A stretch of 64,000 nucleotides of DNA. Origin: Octopus bimaculoides (lineage: Eukaryota). Location: contig NC_068982.1 in assembly GCF_001194135.2 (NCBI RefSeq), positions 156,833,857 through 156,897,856 on the forward strand. Reading direction: 5' to 3'. The notes under the pieces are model-generated. The model was not told the DNA's origin. It searched no databases and saw only the letters and a list, made by a program, of their open reading frames with translations. Within the stretch, counting starts at the first letter, position 1; each line of letters opens with the position of its first letter. The translations under genes and the position numbers were made by a program. This document shows, piece by piece, positions 14,127-25,996 of the stretch.

Positions 14127-14280
14127 GATTACATTTGAGGAGGTTGCTAGAAACCCAACAGGATTAAAATCAAAACCAGTCAAAAGTACGGATGAACCTA
14201 ATTTCGGTTCAACGACCATCTAGCAATATAAAGGGCCCTCAGAAATCCCGGGTTATTGTCCGTCGTGCTGGAAGACTACG
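14127..14280 (+). other. Candidate exon (154 nt) of an unidentified transcript
   Basis: T-rich tract plus ctacag acceptor (14101-14126) and ACG|gtaagt donor. Longest frame ITFEEVARNPTGLKSKPVKSTDEPNFGSTTI* stops inside the exon. Confidence 0.3.
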
Positions 14281-14774
14281 GTAAGTGAGGCACTCCATAG
14301 CGTTTATTAAAGCATGTCTCTAGGAGAAGGTCACTCTGATATCAGATCAGGTATGTAGGGAATGGCATTGAAGTTTTTTGAGAGCTTTTGGTTGAGCAAA
14401 AGATCATGGCACTCCCACGTTCGTGAGTATGCACTCTGGCTTCTCTTTGTATCATTTAAGTACGATGGAGAGGATCTGTGAGGTGTTATGCAAGCCTTAT
14501 TGGACCTAATACTTTACATTGTGCAATCGCAGGTCGAATAGGAGGGCATCGCATCTAGTATGGAAGCTGCGGGTGCGACATGGATGAGTCTGATCGTAGG
14601 AGCAATAATATCATGCACGGGTTTTGCTTGTGGTTTGCATGAGCAATGGTCAGCAATGGTCTTTCTCGGTCAGGAGTGGGTAGCCATCATTTACGTATGC
14701 ATATATTTGTGAATATTTACATTCTGCGCATACTTTTCTGTGGGTATGTACACACATGGGCGCGCATATATATG

Positions 14775-14866
<92 letters not shown>

Positions 14867-15084
14867 TATAATTCTGTGTCTTTTGAAACGTGCATGTACA
14901 TATAGAAAGCCAGATGAATGTACTATTTGTCTAGAGAAAACTTCTCGTATTGAGGTGTAGTGCTAAATGGCATAGAGGTCTATCAGTATCAGACAAACGT
15001 TTCCAGCAGGGGTTGTAAAATTGCTAAACCATGATTATTATGTCTTTGGACATCATCAGCAGCAACTATCGACTATCCAAGATC

Positions 15085-15463
15085 AGTTCATGAATTTTCG
15101 ACGTTTTCATTCGTTCGGCATGTCGACGGTGGCCCTGAACGAGATTGGTCTTCAAGCGACAAGTGACCATTCCCGAAGCGTCGAAACATCTCCTTAGCTT
15201 GTGTTTTGCTTATGACAGCGTTCTTTGAAGCAGTTTGAAGTACGACAACTATTTCGGCTGACGTTTTCTCCAGCAAAAATTGATGAATGGAGAAGCACTT
15301 CAAGACAAAGACGCACCACGTGGCAGTACGGCTCAACTCAACGAGGCAGGTTGGCAGACTTATGTCTGAGGGTTTCATCAAGTCGCTTCTAGCAGCAGAA
15401 GCCTGAACTACAGCAGGTTTGACCCACAGAGAACGATCCCGCTTAGCTTTGGGTAACTCTTCG
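15085..15463 (-). mobile_element. Mariner transposon 5' fragment (left TIR plus transposase HTH region)
   Basis: ORF 15088-15381 contains EKTSAEIVVVLQTASKNAVISKTQAKEMFRRFGNGHLSLEDQSRSGPPST (mariner N-terminal ..W...F..G..SLED..RSGRP). The element end reads TA-cgaagagttacccaaagc on the minus strand. Confidence 0.85.
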
Positions 15464-15492
15464 TATGATTGTGCGTCTTATGTTTAAAAAAT

Positions 15493-15531
<39 letters not shown>

Positions 15532-15739
15532 CTGTATATGTGTGCATGTGAATATGTGTATGCGTATATGTGTGCATGAATGCATATGTGCATGTGGATG
15601 TGAATGCCGTCTTCGAAATAGGTTGCGCATTGCAAGTGAGTAATTCAACTGTACTTTAAAATATTTTGGAAACTTTATTATAATGGGGACTTCTCTGTCA
15701 AACAGTTGTTTGCAAAATCTATAGCGACAATGAAGATCT

Positions 15740-15779
15740 CAATAGTATTAAAAATAATAATTACGATAACAACGACGAT

Positions 15780-15819
<40 letters not shown>

Positions 15820-15998
15820 GTTGTCGTCGTCGTTATTATTATTATTATTATTATTATTGATGATGATGATGTTGAAGATAATGGCGCTATTAATCATAAG
15901 TTTCGAACGGGGTGGAATAGAAAGGCAGAGAAAGAGAATAGTCGAAGTATAAATGGAAACATGAGAAAATAGCAAATGAAATATAATGGTGGTGGTGG

Positions 15999-16048
<50 letters not shown>

Positions 16049-16130
16049 TTGTTGTTGTCGTTGTTGTTGTTCCCGTTGTTTTTATAATTCGAAATGCTAG
16101 AAGAACAAGAATAACAATAAAAATGATAAC
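15740..16130. repeat. Compound trinucleotide microsatellites (ATC/GTC/ATT/GAT/GTT)
   Basis: Visible directly. Confidence 0.9.
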
Positions 16131-16216
16131 AAAGACGATAATAATTTAATTAGTCTGCTTCTTTGCCAATTTCAGCACTATTATAATATTAATCAAAGGC
16201 TGTGTAAAAAGAAAGT

Positions 16217-16294
<78 letters not shown>

Positions 16295-16609
16295 NNNNNN
16301 NNNNGAGAGTGAGAGAGAGAGAGAGGGAGAGAGAGTGAGAGAGAGGGAGAGAGAGAGAGAGATAGAGAGAGAAAGAGAGAGAGAGAGAAAAAAACAGAGA
16401 GGGAGAGAGAGGAAAAGAAAGGAGAGAAAGAAGAAAAGAAAAGGGTTAGAAAAGAAGACAAAGAAAGGAAGGAAATAACTAAAGAGACAATTATGACCTA
16501 ATACATTTTTCTTCTTCTTTTAATTGTATTATTTTTTTCTCAATAAGGATATGGAATCAAGAGATTTATGTAGCGAAATACCCTGGAAAGTTTATGGGGG
16601 CAGTGACAA

Positions 16610-16677
16610 AAAGTGGTAGCAGTAGAAGTAGTAGTAGCAGTAGTAGTCGAAATAGTAGTAGTAGTAATAGCAGCATC

Positions 16678-16727
<50 letters not shown>

Positions 16728-16759
16728 CAGCATCAGTAGTAGTAGTACAAGCAGCAGCG

Positions 16760-16796
<37 letters not shown>

Positions 16797-16800
16797 TAGT
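16610..16800. repeat. (AGT)n/(AGC)n microsatellite
   Basis: Visible directly. Confidence 0.9.
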
Positions 16801-17012
16801 AGATCCGCGCAGGCAACCGTTCCCTGTCGGTGCATTGGTGATTTTCGGGTTTATGTTGAACAATTATCAGTGTTAGCAATAAGAATCAACCGGCTAACAA
16901 TCAGTGTACTGTAAAGATTGATGCACCACTTTTATTTTGCGTGGTGGGCGGGGTGGATTTGAAGAAAACGGGTAGACTTGCACTGATTAGTGAGTATACT
17001 CTTTCTTTTTTT

Positions 17013-17397
17013 TTACTCTTTTATTTGTTTCAGTCATTTGACTGCGGCCATGCTGGAGCACCGCCTTTAGTCGAGCAAATCGACCCCAGGACTTATTCTT
17101 TGGAAGCCTAGTACTTATTCTATCGGTCTCTTTCGCCGAACCGCAAAGTTACGGGGACATAAACACACCAGCATCGGTTGACAAGCGATGTTGGGGGTAC
17201 AAACACAGACACACAAACACACATATATATATACATATACATATATACGACGGGCTTCTTTCAGTTTCCAGTCACAAGACTTTGGTCGGCCCGAGGCTAT
17301 AGTAGAAAACACTTGCCCAAGGTGCCACGCAGTGGGACTGAACCCGGAGACGTGTGGTTGGTAAGCAAGCTACTTACCACACAGCCACTCCTGCGCC
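17013..17397 (-). mobile_element. SINE family A, full length, small internal deletion
   Basis: Reverse complement starts gcgcaggagtggctgtgtggtaagtagcttgcttacc (A-box-like), with ggttcagtccc (B-box-like), CORE-like accttgggcaagtg and the 3' half to actgaaacaaataaaagagtaa. Confidence 0.9.
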
Positions 17398-17872
17398 TAT
17401 ATGATGAAAGAAATTGTAGTGAACGTCGATAATAAATCTAAGTAGAGGGCTCTTCTTTTCAGACCAAATCCTCAGCAATTTCTTCAAGTTTCACTTGAGG
17501 ATTAAGGTAAGGTGAGACGGAGAGAGAAGGAGGGCTGTAATTAAAGACAATGAAGGAGGGGAGAAAAGGAGAGATAGAGATAGAGAGGGTGGGAAGAGAA
17601 TAATGCTCTCATAGTGAAAATTTCACGGAAGTTCGGTTGTGCGCAGCAAATTTGGAATGGCTGAAGAGTTTAATGTTGTGCATCCAAAAGTCGAGGGCAA
17701 GATCAGGAATAAAATCCTTTGTCTTTGCTGTGTTAGATTAATCCGGAATTGTGTGTGAGATATTTGGAATTATACTATATGTTTTCTCCCCGTTCCTGCA
17801 ATCTCCTAATACTGTACTTTTGGTGTTCCATAACGTTATCATAATTAATTGCGTATAATGAGGCGAGCTGTC

Positions 17873-18040
17873 AGAAACGTTACTGCGTCGGAGAAAATGC
17901 TTCGCTGCATTTCTTCCGACTTCACATTGTGAGATCATATGCCACCGAGGGAGAATTTGTCTTCCAAGTACTAGTTGAGTACAGGTATCGATGTGATCGA
18001 TTAGCCAACTCCTACAAAATTTCAGGCTTCGTTCGTATAG
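17873..18040 (+). mobile_element. SINE family B, degenerate with internal deletion
   Basis: cagaaacgttactgcgtcggagaaaatgcttcgctgcatttc...aagtactagttgagtacaggtatcgatgtgatcgattag. Confidence 0.55.
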
Positions 18041-18184
18041 GATTCTCGATGTGAACTTCCGAATCTTTCTTCTTTGTTGTATTATTTTGTATTTCACATT
18101 GCCGGTGCCTCCATCTCCTGCTAGATTATCCTTTACAATCATCCGTACTTTCATTCGTACACATCCATACGATCATTTAACGCA

Positions 18185-18385
18185 GCAGCTGCGAGTTAGA
18201 AGAAGCCACGTGGTTAAGGAAGATCTCCAGAGACTGGACGTCAGTTTGAAAGATGCTGAGGGGCCGGCACGGGTCCGCCAGCAATAGGAAGCACTGGTGG
18301 ACCTGGTCGGCTCTATTCATAATGTCTCTGGGACCACTGAGCTGCGATGATCCTAGTCTCATCAAGCAAGGGTAAGCAGCAAACA
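18185..18385 (+). mobile_element. RTE-like LINE 3' end fragment
   Basis: VRRSHVVKEDLQRLDVSLKDAEGPARVRQQ*EALVDLVGS resembles the RTE ORF C-terminus (W...V..DL..L....AE..A.DR..W..LV). Confidence 0.45.
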
Positions 18386-18419
18386 AACAACATCTTGTGG
18401 CCAATAAAAAAAAATGCTC

Positions 18420-18459
18420 TTCCTCATCGTCATCGTCATCATCATCACCAAAAAGAACT

Positions 18460-18490
<31 letters not shown>

Positions 18491-19300
18491 CCAGCACCAC
18501 CAACACGACCAGCAGGACCACTACCACCACCACCATCACCAGTTCGACGACCACCAGGACGACGACCACCAGNNNNNNNNNNNNNNNNNNNNNNNNNNNN
18601 NNNNNNNNNNNNNNNNNNNNNNNNNNNNNNNNNNNNNNNNNNNNNNNNNNNNNNNNNNNNNNNNNNNNNNNNNNCCACCACCACCACCACCACCACCGTC
18701 ATCACCACCACTATCATCATCACCATCACCGCAACTGCCACTGCCCCGATATCATATTTCTTTAGTAAAATGTTAGATTGTGATAATGGTAATGATTATG
18801 ATGATGGTTGCGAAGTTTTTGGGTTGGAGGTGGTGCTAATTTCTCTGGTCGCTGTGATGTGGGTGTGTGTTGTTAATGACGATAATGGAGTTGAAGTTGG
18901 TGCCGTTGATGACGGTGATGGTAGTGTTAGTAGTGGTGTTGCACTGCTGCTGTTGCTGCTGCAGCTGATGATGATGATGATAAACATTATCGTCATTATA
19001 ATTATAATCGTCATCATCATATTCGTAGCTTTTCATACTAATTCTAGTGTCGCTGTTGTTGATGATAAAAGGAGGATGGTGGAGGGGTGATGATAATGTT
19101 GGGTGTCGAAGGTTGTGATGATTGTTGGTGCTGTGGTAGTGACGGTGGTGAAAACTGAAAATGGTGGTAGAACTAGAAATAGTGTTGATAATGATAACAA
19201 TTGTATCGGTGTTGGTAATGATGTGGATGATTATGATGATATTCATGATGATGGTGAGGACGATGAATGATGGCGGTGACGACGGCAACCATTGTGCTTC
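18420..19300. repeat. Low-complexity trinucleotide region (CAT/CAC/CAA/GAT/GGT) spanning a gap
   Basis: Visible directly; source of the poly-H/Q/T ORFs. Confidence 0.9.
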
Positions 19301-20534
19301 TAATGGTGTTATTAGTACAATTTGCTGTTGTTGTTATTCTGATTCTTCTTCTTTGAATTTTTGTCTCTATTCGTTTGAGTTTTGTTTCTATTTTGTTTAT
19401 AACGCTCGAACTTCGTTTGTTCTCTTCAGTATTCAACTAAGACGGCATTAAGCAGACGACAACTTAGTGACTACATGTTACAGTCCTTTTCGCTGACAAA
19501 TCAGTGTGGGCCTTTCTAAATTCTATTCCATTATATCATATTCACGTCTCTTCTTTCATGTTTCATTTAATCGGTATTTTTGGCGACAGCTTCTTGGTAG
19601 CTTTATTCCCTCCCTTTTTGTATTAATTTTCTTTTCTTTTCTTATTCATTTATTTTTTTCTTTCTTTCGTTGGAGGAGAGGCGGGTTTCATTATTAAATG
19701 TCTTCTGCTTTCTTGCTTTCATTTCAACTTTCTTTTTGTATGGTAATCATTTATTTTCTTTACATTTTGCTCTTTGAAGGACGACCATTCTTTCATTTCC
19801 ATCCATATTTTTCTCTTACGAATTGCATTGGCATGCTGTTTCCTCCTCCCTTATATCGTTCTGTCTGTTTCTCTCTCTCACTTTCATACTCTCTCTCTCT
19901 GCTTCAGTTAACCTATTCCTTCATTTTTCTATGCTCTCTGTCTCTGTCTCTCTGTTTTCCCTAACACTTTCTCTTCCTCTTCCTCCCTCGCTTTTCCAGC
20001 CTTCGTTCTCTTACTCTGCTTTTGATTTGGTCTCTCTCTCCCCTCTCCTCTTTCTCACTTTCTGCATCTCATTCTCTTCTCTTTTTTTCCTTTTCTCTTT
20101 TCTGTCGCCTCCGTCTCACCCAACGCTTCAACTCATCCATATTTCACTCTCTTCTTTATCTATTAGAATCACTAAAGGCTGATTATCTCAAAATCACTTA
20201 CTTCAATGTTTTGTAACAAGCACAATCAGAATTTTAATTGTCAAAAAGCCAAGCATGATTACTGTTCTACGGAAGTTATGCTGTCTTCACATTAGAGTTC
20301 ATAATAGATAGGCTCAACCCCGTCTCCTCGCTGCCGCCACCACCACCACCACCACCACCACAACAACAATAACAACAGCAATAACCCCCACTCTCACCAT
20401 CTCCACAGACAATAACACCATCACCACAAACAAAACAAACAAAAAAAAAACAAACAAACGATAAAAGACTTCTGCACATCTTAAAAAATAAACTTATGTA
20501 TCAAGCTTATGTAATGTAGGAATATAGGAGGTGG

Positions 20535-20635
<101 letters not shown>

Positions 20636-20719
20636 TTAATAATAATAATAATAATAATAATAAGAAGAAGAAGAAGAAGAAGAAGAAGAAAACAAAGAAG
20701 AAGAGTAAGAATGATAATA

Positions 20720-21205
20720 AGGATTTCAAATTTTGGCACAAGGCCAGCAATTTCGAGAGAGGAGATAAATCAATTATGTCGAAACAAGTGTTCAGCTGCT
20801 ATTTGCTTTATCAACACCGAAAGCATGAAAGTTAAAGTCGACCTCAATGGAATTTGAACTCAGAACCAAAAGATAGACGAAATGCTGCAAAGCATTTTGC
20901 CTCACGTGCAGGCCAACGACTTCGGGGGAGGAGTACGTCATTTATATCACCCCTGTAGTCTAATTTTTTTGTATTTATCGGACCCAAAAAGACGAAAAGT
21001 AAAGTCAACCTCAGCGGAATTTGAACTCAGAACAAAAAGACAGACGAAATGCCGCAAAGTATTTTGCCAGACGTGCAGGCCAGCGACTTCGGGGAAGAGT
21101 ACGTCGATTATATTGCCCCAATAGTCTAGTTTTGTTTTTTATTTATCGGCGCCAAAAGGACGAAAAGTAAAGTCGACCTCAGCGGAATTTGAACTCAGAA
21201 CCCAG
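20720..21205 (-). mobile_element. Head-to-tail tandem array of three SINE family B units (period ~167-168 bp)
   Basis: aaagtc(g/a)acctc..ggaatttgaactcagaac begins at 20834, 21001 and 21169. Confidence 0.8.
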
Positions 21206-21619
21206 CGTGCCAAAGATTCTACTAGCTCGTCAGGATTTAATCTCACGACGTAAAAAATCCTGCTGCTGATGGAATTGTTTCTAACTAAAGATCAGATTCC
21301 AAATCTAAAGGAAAAGAAAATCGATTATTCTGACTCCAGTTTTGCAATTATTTTATCGACCCGATCAGATGAATTACAAAGTTAAATTTTTGGTAATTGA
21401 ACTTAGAAGGTAAATCGCCAGCTCCGCCAATACTGTCATTCCAGTACAGATCTGATAATTCCCATTTTCGGCAAAAAGTTCTATGTTAATAATGAAAATT
21501 TATAACATAGAATGCGATTACGATCTACAATATCAATAATATTAGTTAATTATAAATATTTGTAAGGCAGCCCATGTTTATAGCGCATTATATTATGGAT
21601 AGCGTATGACTGCTATAGG

Positions 21620-22035
21620 TTGATTTTAATGAAAGGAAATTTGATGGAGAGCATCTTTGATACCATCCACCAGAGTACTTTGTTGGTGCATATGTTATCG
21701 ACTTTGACATTGTCGCATTCAAAATTTAAAAAAATTGAGATGTGTGTAGTGATATGATACCGTAAAGATTCACCTTTATCGCCGCTTCCAAGATATTTCA
21801 TGCAATGCTCTAAATATTCTGGCTGTCCACTGCCTTCGAATCGTTTCATTAACCACACTATAAATTCAGTTAATGTACCATCGCGCTAAAGATTCTCACA
21901 ATTCACAGCCCTCGTGGCATCTCGTCTATCACAAAATAGAAAGTTTCTGCCAATTCGTCGCTCTCCTGAAGCCTTGCTCGCCGTTTTGTTTTATATACAC
22001 TGGTATTCCGTCGCTTACCACGACGAGTGTTGATC
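21620..22035 (-). mobile_element. Decayed RTE-like reverse transcriptase fragment
   Basis: Frame-shifted minus-strand motifs EQGFRR, IDEM..GCEL, NDSKAVDS and AAIKV.LY resemble QNGFR, IIEEM, DF.KAFDS and AIKVLY of RTE RTs. Confidence 0.4.
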
Positions 22036-22043
22036 CGATCAAC

Positions 22044-22300
22044 GGGGTAGCCTGCTCATTGAATTAATGTGCATGTGGCTGAGCACTTCACAATTACGTG
22101 TACCCTTAACGTAGTTCTCAGGGAGATTCAGCGTGACACAGAGCGGGACAAGGTTGGCCCTTTGAAATAAAGGTACTACTCGTTTTTGCCAGTTGAGTGC
22201 ACTGAAACAGCGTGAAATAAAGTGTCTTGCTCAAGGACACTACCCACCACTCTAAGATCGTGAGCCGAATACCCTAACCACTAAGCCACGCGTCTTCACG
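22044..22300 (-). mobile_element. SINE family C (tRNA head plus CORE-like domain)
   Basis: Minus strand tgaagacgcgtggcttagtggttagggtattcggctcacgatc (A-box tRNA-like), followed by gtgtccttgagcaagacactttatttcac (CORE-like). Confidence 0.75.
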
Positions 22301-22341
22301 CGCCTATATATGTTTATACACACACACACACACACACATAA

Positions 22342-22390
<49 letters not shown>

Positions 22391-22674
22391 CAGATAGAGG
22401 GAGAGAGAGATAGACGGAGAGAGAGGTGGAGAGACGGAGAGAGCGAGGTGGAGAGAGAGAAAGTGGAGATAGATAGAGAGATAGGTGGAGAGAGAGACAG
22501 ATAGAGAGCGAGAGAAGTGGTAAGAGAGATAGAGAGAAAGGAGTAGATAGAGATAGATAGATAGATAAATAGAGAAAGAGAGAGAGAGAGAGAGAGAGAG
22601 GTGAAGTAGATCAGAGAAAGAAAGGAGGACAGAGAAAAGTGGAGATAGAAAGATAGACTGATAGACAGACAGAC

Positions 22675-22715
<41 letters not shown>

Positions 22716-23599
22716 AGAAGAAGAGAGAGAAGAAGAAGAAGAGAGAGAAAGTGAGGGATAAAAATATTGATAGATAGATAAAAAGATAGACAGATAGAGA
22801 GAGAGATAAAAATATAGATAGACAGACAGATAGATAGATTGAGAGGGAGAGACAGAGAGAGAGATAAGAGAGATGTATCATGTAGCTTTTCGTCTTTGTC
22901 ATTCGGATAATGATTTTTAAAGGTTAGGGTTTGATTTGAGGGAGATTAGACTACAACGTCTTATCCGTGGAAGGACCTCTCAAAGGCTTACTTCTTGTGT
23001 ACCTATGTTTGCGTCATCGTGTGCTGAGGACTATATTATCTAATATATCCTCCTATTTTTAAGACAGTAGTTTGGTAAATAATGGAGACTTGGCTGTTAT
23101 TTCAGCTGATGGTAGAAATGATGATGATGATGATGATGATGATGACGACGGCGACGACGACGACGAGACGACGACTCGTGGTGATGCTGGAGATGATTAT
23201 AGTGATGACGGAGGTAATATTGATAATGGCAGTCGTGATTCTGATGCTGACGTTGGTGACGTGGGTCAAATCAGTGACGAGAGGAAGGGAAGGAAAAGTA
23301 TAGGTTAATGCCAGTTGAATATGGCAAGGGCCCATCCCGTCAATGGGGATGGGATGAAGAAAAGGGGTCTTTATATGAGGCGGGAAACGTCACTTAGCTT
23401 TGAGCGAAACTATTACTTCTGCCATATTAACTCTTTTGTATTCGATTATTTTGTAACTAGAAACCGTATCAAAACGTAATTATTCCATTGCACACCCATT
23501 ACACACGCATACACACACACGCATACACACACACGCATACACACACACGCATACACACACACGCATACACACACACGCGGGCACACAGTCACACACACA

Positions 23600-23683
23600 A
23601 CAACAACAACAACAATATGAGAAACGACAACAGTAAGAAAACCAAAGACAACATAAACAATAATATTTACAGCAACACTAAAA

Positions 23684-23726
<43 letters not shown>

Positions 23727-23735
23727 GTTGTTGTT

Positions 23736-23796
<61 letters not shown>

Positions 23797-23825
23797 GTGA
23801 TGATAATAATAATAATAATGATAAT
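23600..23825. repeat. Compound (AAC)/(ATT)/(AAT) microsatellites
   Basis: Visible directly. Confidence 0.9.
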
Positions 23826-24178
23826 TTCTTTCAGTGCCACAAGGGCGACGCAAATGGGACATCACATCCACAAATTAAAATATAATTAAAAATAAAATAT
23901 AATAATAAATAAATATAGTTTTATTCTCTTTGGGTGAATGAGTAATTTTATATTTGTTATTGCTGTTGTTGTGTTTAGGCTTTGTTTTGTTTCCCTGAAA
24001 ACAAGATGGCAAATATGTGTGTTTCTCAGAGTGAGAGAGAGGCAACTGCGTGTATACGTGTTTGTATGTTAGTGTGCTAATTGTGTTTTTGTGTTTACCT
24101 TACTTTCAATGAATAACGATATTACCGAAAACTGTGTTTGTGTGTGAATGCATACACACACACATACACATATAAAAT

Positions 24179-24222
<44 letters not shown>

Positions 24223-24439
24223 AAAGACGGAGAAAGAGGAAACAAACTAATGCGTCAATTCTTGGATTCGGAAGAATGCTTCAGTGTTTAAATAATCGTC
24301 ATAAAAGAATAGATATATTAATTTAATTAAATCAAAGTTTAAAATGTTCCCATCACAAGTGACTAAATGCATTTTAGCATTCTACTACTATTGTTATTAA
24401 TATTACTGATGCATTTTGCACAGAGTACTTTTCTTGATG

Positions 24440-24559
24440 TTGTTATCGTGTTTATTATTATAATTGTTGTTGTTGTTGTTGTTGTTGTTCTTCTTCTTCT
24501 TCTTCTTCTTCTACTACTACTTCTTCTTCTTCTTCTTCTTCTTTTGTTGGAGCTTATCG

Positions 24560-24610
<51 letters not shown>

Positions 24611-24635
24611 CTATTATTATTATTAATTATTATTA

Positions 24636-24689
<54 letters not shown>

Positions 24690-24690
24690 T
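24440..24690. repeat. Compound (GTT)/(CTT)/(CAT)/(ATT) microsatellite
   Basis: Visible directly. Confidence 0.9.
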
Positions 24691-24917
24691 TCCCATTTGT
24701 CATATTTTGTATGCTTTAATCTTTGAACCTTTGACTGTCTCGCTTTCAATACCCACTCTGGCAGAAAAAGAAGATATTCGCTACAGAACCTATTTGTTGA
24801 ACAGTTTTCCTTGCTGTTTCTTTTAGTTGTTCCTGTTGTAATTGTTGTTGTTTGGCCCGGATTTGGGCATATTCGTATTATAGTTTTACAGCTATTTTTT
24901 TCCTTTTCATATCTTAG

Positions 24918-25040
24918 TCTCACGTGGAAAGACACACATTTTTCAGAAACACCTATAGTGTTGAAGGCAAGTAAGACATTATACCCAGACCAGTGTCAAC
25001 GTTTAAACGCTTTCAAAAGTGCGTAGTCTACTATAGACAG
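24918..25040 (+). other. Candidate exon (123 nt; alternative donor at 24971 gives 53 nt)
   Basis: ttttttccttttcatatcttag acceptor and CAG|gtaagt donor at 25041. All three frames stop in the long form. Confidence 0.25.
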
Positions 25041-25389
25041 GTAAGTGATATGCGATGTTGATGTTAATCCGAGAAACGATTTAATCCTGCTTTCTAAGAA
25101 TGGGAATGCTAACTACTACAGCTTTCACTTCCATCTACATTTCACCGAGAAGGCTTTGGGTAACTTAACATTATGATAAAAGCGTTTTATCCAGTGTGTT
25201 GCGCAGTTCGACCGACTTCGAAACCAGTTCTCTAAGTACGAAATCCTTAACTGCACAACTAGGTTTGTGACAATGTTCTTAATTCACAGTAAAATATAAA
25301 GCCTAAAATATAGTCGATTTAGATAATATCTATAGAAGTACTCGTTAGATTGAATTTTATTAAAAATATAGAAAAATGAATTAATAGAT

Positions 25390-25567
25390 GCAGGAGTGGC
25401 TGTGTGGTAAGTAGCTCGATTACCAAACCCATGGTTCCGGGTTCAGTCCTGCTGCGTGGCAGCTTGGGCAAATGTATTCTTCTATAGCCTCAGGCGGACC
25501 AAAGCCTTGCGAGTGGATTTGGTAGACGGAAACTGAAATAAGCACGTCGTATATCTATATCTATATC

Positions 25568-25638
<71 letters not shown>

Positions 25639-25850
25639 GTGTGCGTGTGTGTATTTGTCCCCTACCATCGCTTGCCACCCGATGCTGGTTTGTTTACGTC
25701 CCAGTCATCTAGCAGTTCGGCAAAAGAGACCGCTAAAATAAGTACTAGGCTTGCAAAGAATATGTCCTGGGGTCGATTTGTACGACTAAAGGCGGTGCTC
25801 CAGCATGACCGCAGTCAAATGACTGCAACACGTACAAGAATGAAATAATA
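25390..25850 (+). mobile_element. SINE family A, full length
   Basis: gcaggagtggctgtgtggtaagtagc...ggttcagtcc...gcttgggcaaatg...cgtcg, internal (TCTA/TATG/GT) tract, and 3' half ending gcagtcaaatgactgcaacacg. Confidence 0.9.
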
Positions 25851-25853
25851 AAA

Positions 25854-25895
<42 letters not shown>

Positions 25896-25955
25896 GTATC
25901 TATCTATCTATCTGTCTATTTGTCTGTCTGTCTGTCTGTCTGTCAGCATGTCTAT

Positions 25956-25996
<41 letters not shown>

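Noticed and set aside
14300-14700. Possible LINE 3' remnant on the minus strand
   Set aside because: Only vague similarity (FNAIP); not supportable.
17738-18154. 138-aa minus-strand ORF
   Set aside because: Its middle is the antisense of a SINE B copy, and it has no recognisable domain.
18347-19451. Poly-His/Gln/Thr/Pro ORFs resembling transcription-factor low-complexity regions
   Set aside because: Pure trinucleotide repeats open in several frames on both strands, with no folded domain or splice context.
20720-21205. Regularly spaced repeats suggestive of a CRISPR array
   Set aside because: The period is ~168 bp, the 'spacers' are homologous to each other and to a dispersed SINE, the context is eukaryotic, and no cas genes are present.
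23330-23352. cccatccc/gggatggg 8-bp hairpin
   Set aside because: A stem this short is expected by chance in 64 kb.
25390-25470. tRNA-like heads of SINEs as tRNA genes
   Set aside because: They have A/B-box-like motifs but no complete cloverleaf, and each continues into a SINE body.
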